Positions 58,637-64,000 of a stretch of 64,000 nt of DNA are shown one piece after another (within the stretch, counting starts at the first letter, position 1; each line of letters starts with the position of its first letter). The DNA is from Neophaeotheca triangularis (taxonomy: Eukaryota). The notes under the pieces were generated by a model, which worked only from the letters and a program-made list of their open reading frames with translations, made no database searches and was not told the DNA's origin. The stretch spans positions 124,001 through 188,000 of the forward strand of contig BAAIJX010000017.1 of the NCBI GenBank assembly GCA_054600435.1. The letters are read 5' to 3'. The translations under genes were made by a program, and so were the position numbers.

Positions 58637-59612
58637 ATGCCCCGCTACGAACCCCCTCCCCCCCGCGTCCTCACCCCAGCCGAAGAACTCACCAACCTCT
58701 TCAACAACCTCGAATTCCGCACCCGCGAGTTCCGCGCCTCGGTTTTCGCGCCCCTCGCGCCACTCTCGGCGTCTTTCGTCCGGAACCGGGATCTTGTGGC
58801 TGAGTTGATAGCGCCCGGGTCTACGGCAGCGCGAGCAAATCACGACGGGGATGCGAGCGCTGGGGGCCGGCGGGAAGGCGGGGGAGGCGGTGCGGCCGAG
58901 GGTAGTGATGGTGTGGACCGCGCCAACCATACGCGCGGCGCGAGCGACTCGTCCGAGGACTCCTATGTCGATCCGCCGGATGAGGATGGCTGGAGCGCGT
59001 TGCTGGTGGATTTGATGACGTTGCCTGAAGTACGTTTTTCCCCCTTTCCCCCGGAAACCCCATCCCAACTGACCAAAACCCCCTCACCAGGATCCAGGCA
59101 ACTAAACCTACGCACCCCCGCCCCACGCCCCCATCACAAGCTTCCTCACCACCCTCCCGCGTGCAGCCCAATACGCAGTGGTCCAAAACGCCCTCCTTAC
59201 GGCCGGAATCGCTCGCTCTACAGCCTCCCTCCTTGCAACCAGCGTCACCGAAGACCTATCCCAGCTCTCCGACTACAGCTCTCAGCAACTCCGAGCCTGG
59301 GTGCACGAGCACCTTCCTCAATTACGGCAATCTGTGAACGGGGTTCAGGATCGAGTTGAGGGGGCCGCGGCGGCGCCGAGGGCGGGCATTGGCCATCCCG
59401 AGGACGCGCCGCAAGGGGCGAATGGGTGGGGAAGGGCTTGGTGGCATGACCGCGGGTTGACGGGGGAAGAGGGGAGGAGGCTCGCGGAAGTTGGGAGGGG
59501 CGAGGAGACGGAGGTCTGGGTTTTGGAGAGGGTTAGGAGGGAGGAGAGGGAGGATGCGGAGTTTGTCGTTATTGGGGAGGCGGGAGAGGTTGCGAAGGGG
59601 GAGGGGGAGTGA
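58637..59612 (+). pseudogene. Hypothetical two-exon gene with an in-frame TAA (or a shorter gene ending at 59105)
   Basis: Intron 59030-59090 (GTACGT/ACTGAC/CAG) puts exon 1 in frame with the 59178-59612 ORF, but TAA occurs at 59103-59105. Confidence 0.5.
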
Positions 59613-60373
59613 TCTCGGCGGGGGTCTTGGATGTTTCTGGTGTAGGGATTTAGGTGTGACGCTTGTCCGAGGTCTGAGTCTTCTCGTGTCTAGAGGCTTA
59701 GGGGCTGAAGACGTTGGGCTGTGCTTGTAGGCCACGGGGGTTTGCGCAGAACGAGGTGGAAAAACAGCTAATTTCCATCTCGGATGTAGTTGATGGTTCA
59801 ACGACAGATATGTTCGCAGCTATGCTCTGGAGTGTTAGAGCGAATGGTTCCTATGTTGGAAGAGTTTGTTTGGACAGACCTGGCTTGAGATCCCCCAAGG
59901 AGAGGCTAACATCGGCTACGAGCACCTTTATTTAATGCCCCTAGTGGCATCCTCCTCAAAATTCACAACGCGACTGCTTCTGCTCCAATTGCACGCTTGT
60001 GCACCTGATTGGGTGGCCAAATGTTGGATCGACAGAGCCTGTTACCGCGCTGGGATGGCTTGCCTTACAATAGCTCGACAGAATCCTTACTCGCGGCACA
60101 TAGTTCTGTCTTGCCCCGGGATATGGCTTGCAGACCCGCTATAAAATTCCCCCTTCCGGGTCGAGTACCGGAACATAGCCTGCAGCGTAGAGTTCTGCGT
60201 GCTCCAAACAATGCAACTGTCCAGTTCGTATAAGGGAGCACTGCCTTGCTCGGGGGGAAGATCGTCCCGTTAAATCAAAGCATGAGGTCGTTCTACCGCC
60301 AAGCCGCTCCCCTATGGCAGGCTCACCCCGACATCCACCAGCCGTGCGGGATGTATCGAATTCTCACTCCCAC

Positions 60374-61111
60374 TCACTCCCTACCCTCCTTTCCCTCCCC
60401 ATCTCCGATCCCCTGAAAGAACACCCTCCGATAAAACCTGGCTTCCTCAATACTCTCCAAAATATCCGCCTTCGCCTCATGCTTCCCCGCCTTCCTCGGA
60501 CTCGCCTTGAGCGTCTCAACCGGTGCCCACCGTCTCGCAGCCTCCTTAATAGCGCTCACATCCAACAAACGATGATGCAACCACTTGACCACCGGCGTCC
60601 ACGGCTGCTGCACGAGGAAAGCCTTATCCGCGTGCACCGTGTTCCCCGCCAGGAGCGCCTTCTTCCTCTCGGGGACAAAACGTTGGATATATTCCAACAG
60701 CTCCGTCGCGGCGGTGTCAGCGGTAGTAGTGGAAGCGAGGCAAGCGGCCGAGAGCCCCGAAGCGGCGTGATGCGATTGGCACCATTCGCCCATGCTGTCG
60801 AGTTGGGCTTGCGAATGGTGGATGAAGGTTTCGTAGCCGGTGGGGTCGAGGAGGTTCAGTTGGGCGTCTGTTACGAAGCAGGCTAGAGACATGATTGTGT
60901 CTTTGGATAGGTCGAGGCCGGTCATCTCGCAGTCGATCCAGACTAGAGGCTCGTTGGAGCGGGATTCGGGCATTTTGGGCTTTGTGGAGGTAGATCTGAG
61001 GGCTATGGGTTGGGCGAATATTTGGTGGTGGTGTGAATTTGGGCGAAGGAGAGGACGCCTTCTTATACCTACCGTGACTTTTGATGGGAGTCTCACTGCT
61101 GTTTTGAACAT
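60374..61111 (-). CDS. REX2: Oligoribonuclease Rex2 (DEDDh exonuclease)
   Basis: LVWIDCEMTGLD, LAGNTVHADKAFL and HEAKADILESIEE; basic presequence before a second ATG at 60973. Confidence 0.93.
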   Translation of the reverse strand: MFKTAVRLPSKVTVGIRRRPLLRPNSHHHQIFAQPIALRSTSTKPKMPESRSNEPLVWIDCEMTGLDLSKDTIMSLACFVTDAQLNLLDPTGYETFIHHSQAQLDSMGEWCQSHHAASGLSAACLASTTTADTAATELLEYIQRFVPERKKALLAGNTVHADKAFLVQQPWTPVVKWLHHRLLDVSAIKEAARRWAPVETLKASPRKAGKHEAKADILESIEEARFYRRVFFQGIGDGEGKEGRE

Positions 61112-62273
61112 GTGTTTGCTCGGAGGTAGTTGGGGAAATGAGAGGTGCCGTCCGTCATCGGGCTTTGAGAAGTTCAGACGATAGGATCCACTTGCCAGTT
61201 CGGGATGTAGATGAAAGCTTCTCTGAACGACATCCCTCTCTACTCACAGCGCTCGAACCCTTGCAATTCAAGACACAAACCGTTACCTTCCCGCCCTTGA
61301 CACGTCTGCTGAGAGACTATCTCGAGATTCCACAGAGTTATCCGGTCTCGCCGCATGATTCTCTCCGCGAGCAAAGAATGTGAACCTGGCATCGCGTGCG
61401 CGGTGCTCGGAAAGGGACTCGTAGAGACGGACCCCTAGCTCGTCAGCGAGATTCCACGCTCGACACGCTTCTCGTCTGCGCAATGAGCTTAATCACCACG
61501 AGTCTCCCGACAAGGGTCCGCTCTCTTCACCGTTGTACATCTGCCAATCCGGGCCGTCGAAACAAGTGGTAGCTGGTATTCACAGCCGTCGATGCCCATC
61601 ACGTAATGTGAACGGCCGGGAAGCTGGTCTCTTGATCAAAAGCCATGGCGGCTTCCTCGAGAATCCCTGAATGAACCAAGAGTCATATCTGACGGTTACA
61701 GATACTGAACACTGGCCTGCGAAATGTAGCCGAGTCAAAGGATCATCCCTTTACTGCAAAGGACGTCACCGGACAGTCAGTGTCGAAGGTGACCAGCGCG
61801 GAAGCAAAGTAATGGAAAGATGCTGAGGAAAAAGTCGATGCGAAGCAAAAGCAAGCTGTCATGGTAGGCCAGCATCCGAGATTGCCATCTTGCTATGACC
61901 AAGGGAACTAGTGCCCGTAATCAGTAGCCGACCTTGACGAATGCTGGAGACATTTCACGAGCACATTCCGCTAGCAACCGAAACGAATGGATACAAAGAG
62001 CTTGATGCGTTGACATTGCTACGCCAAAGCCAAAGCCAAAGCCAAGCCCGAGGCTGAAGGTCTGAGGTCATGACGTACCAACTGCCGCCTGTCAGTCCAG
62101 GGAAGTCAATCATCACCAACTCACAGGCGATGTTCTTGGCAAAGGTATGTGACTATATGTATAATTCACCGCAAACCACTTTATGTGTGAGTGCACACAA
62201 CAAACTTGAATTTACAAAACATGTCTTCCGGATGGTAACCACACAGACATCCCCTTTCGCTGACCCCCCTTAG

Positions 62274-62320
62274 ATACCGTTACCAAGGTATAACCTGGGT
62301 TCGATCCCTAGCTCTGTACA
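62274..62320 (+). other. Degenerate tRNA-like sequence (anticodon arm + T arm/B box)
   Basis: Hairpins ATACC-GTTACCAA-GGTAT and CTGGG-TTCGATC-CCTAG; no contiguous D arm upstream in the genomic sequence. Confidence 0.4.
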
Positions 62321-63173
62321 CTTGGCAAAAGCAAACCAGCCTTCTAACCGGGTGCGAGTTCTGCTAAGTGGTTTCTTCTCCCATTGGGAGTTTCTTTTTG
62401 CCCTTTTTTTGTGGCCTTTTGATCTACTTACTTCCAGCATATATTTAGCTATGACAGTTCAGCGGTCGTCGCCGCTAGAGGCAAAGTATCTACCCTGGGC
62501 CACGAGCACCACGAGCGCACGGAAGAGTCACATCCGAGCCTTCATCCGAGCAAAGACGCTATCAGCGTGATTGGACAGCAACTATACGCGCTAGCCGACG
62601 GACGTCTTGGCATTTTGAATGAAGCCAGACATTCACGGTATTGCGGCCCGTGCGTGGCGGATTCATCTCAATAGCAGATCTTACGCTTCACTTACCTCAC
62701 TTCATGGCGCCCCAAATATCTCCAGAGTGAAGATCAAGACTCTTAGGTACTTGATCAAACAATCAGTGGTATTTGTGGGAATGTTGCGTTGTCAGGACGC
62801 AGGCAGGGGCAAGCATGGTGTTGACAACTCCTTCACCATGGAGCTAACGATTGATGAGATGACCGATCTGATAAGATCAAGCTGCTTCGGCTTTGCATGT
62901 CAATGCGGCGTGTTCTGCGAAAGGGACGTTCTTTTCGCTAGACATACCTGCAACTCTGGAAACCTGGCTCGTTGGTCAAGTGAATCCAGTGACATAATCG
63001 TAGAGTAGCGAGGTGTTTGAATCAATTCGGTACAGCATCAGCGGCAAAACTGTAGAACTGCTACCACCTATCAACAGAGACGTCCGTAACAATCCATCCA
63101 CACAAAAGGGCTAACGGCAACACGCAACCCAGCTTTGACTCTTCGTGCACCCTATCTAGAACATCAAGTCCAC

Positions 63174-64000
63174 CTACACCACCCTCCGACTAACCCTCCT
63201 ATTTTCCCTCTGCCTCACAATCTTCTTTCCCTCCCTTCTCTTCCTCTTCCAAGCCCTATTGTTCTCGCCCCTAGTCTCGTAGAAAAACTTCCTAAAAGCG
63301 CTCTCCTCTCCGTCAGCCCCTCCCTCCGCCGCTGGATTCTCTATTCCAGCACCAGTATTAGCCTCAGTATTACCCTTCAACTCCTTCGATGAACCCATTC
63401 CCTCGCCCGCACCATCTTCGTCTTCGTCTTCCTCGATATCTCCTTCCTGGGAGCCCCCGTTGGCCGTGCCGAAGCTGAAACTAAAGCGCTTACCTATGGC
63501 AGCTGTGTCGGGAGTGGGAGCTGCGCTGCGCTGGCCGCGCCACTCGAGGTCTTGCTTCGTGTGCGGAGTCTGCGGTGGCGCGCCAGGGCCTCGGGTTGCG
63601 CTCTCGTTGTCGATGTTATTGTCGTCGTTGTCGCCAGGCTCGGAGCCGAAGAAGCTGAAGGAGGTGTCGATGGCTAAGGGTCTAGGTTTGGAGGCCGAAG
63701 TGTCTGGGTTGGATCGCTTGTAGAGGGCTTCGAGAGGGTGGATGGCTTTCTTTGTCTCTTTAGCGGGTGTGCTTGGTTCAGCTTCAGGGCTGTCGGGGGC
63801 GGAGCTGTCGCTAGATGAGGCTTGATCGTCGGATGACGCCGCGCCATCGACATCCATTTTGTTGGCTTCATCGGCACCCTCCGCCTCTTCTTCCGCGTCC
63901 TCTTCGCCGGAGGATGAGTCATCCTGCTGTGATGATGTACTACTGCTCCGGTCTTTGGTGGCAGGCTCACCGTCCTCATCTTCATCGTGACTCTCATACA
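63174..64000 (-). CDS. C-terminal part of a nucleolar Nop8/NOL8-like protein (runs off the window)
   Basis: Acidic low-complexity region; HPLEALYKR, RSAAPTPDTA and FYETRGENNRAWKRKRRE motifs. Family assignment is from recall. Confidence 0.6.
   Translation of the reverse strand, partial: YESHDEDEDGEPATKDRSSSTSSQQDDSSSGEEDAEEEAEGADEANKMDVDGAASSDDQASSSDSSAPDSPEAEPSTPAKETKKAIHPLEALYKRSNPDTSASKPRPLAIDTSFSFFGSEPGDNDDNNIDNESATRGPGAPPQTPHTKQDLEWRGQRSAAPTPDTAAIGKRFSFSFGTANGGSQEGDIEEDEDEDGAGEGMGSSKELKGNTEANTGAGIENPAAEGGADGEESAFRKFFYETRGENNRAWKRKRREGKKIVRQRENRRVSRRVV

Noticed and set aside
62054..62067. GAAGGTCTGAG resembling RNase P CR-I
   Set aside because: No complementary CR-V/P4 strand found downstream.
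61100..63100. Telomerase RNA candidate (2-kb gap with a splice donor)
   Set aside because: No TAACCCTAA-type template seen on either strand.

Overview
Eukaryotic, intron-containing DNA from a filamentous ascomycete, probably a Dothideomycete; the taxon is inferred from gene content and intron style (GTRNGY donors, RCTRAC branch sites, short introns). It is mostly housekeeping. In order: the 3' part of a SidC-like siderophore NRPS, a Cps1-like GT2 synthase, a secreted Ser/Thr-rich protein, mitoribosomal mL40, phosphoacetylglucosamine mutase, Rsc7/Npl6, a small ORF, Sch9 kinase, a peroxisomal MaoC dehydratase, a DyP peroxidase, Not1, a GH106-like hydrolase, Nhp6, a CSC1/OSCA channel, a RING-CH ligase, a decayed Zn2Cys6-TF + MFS pair, a GH45/expansin-like protein, TANGO2, an HVA22/REEP protein, a KapC-like bZIP, a gene with an internal stop, Rex2 and the 3' part of a Nop8-like gene. 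I saw no transposase, CRISPR array or rRNA. Four signals are not explained by the ORF track. (i) The sch9 locus is layered: a hidden upstream exon, an AUG-less open extension, an ATG inside intron 1, and a 516-nt in-frame exitron candidate. (ii) An orphan spliceosomal-type intron at 62145-62273 carries H/ACA-like hairpins and abuts a degenerate tRNA-like sequence. (iii) The PCM1 3' end is odd, with a TACTAAC inside a Ser/Thr tail and a coding-like frame after the stop. (iv) Several genes are decaying. All family calls come from recalled motifs, not database searches.
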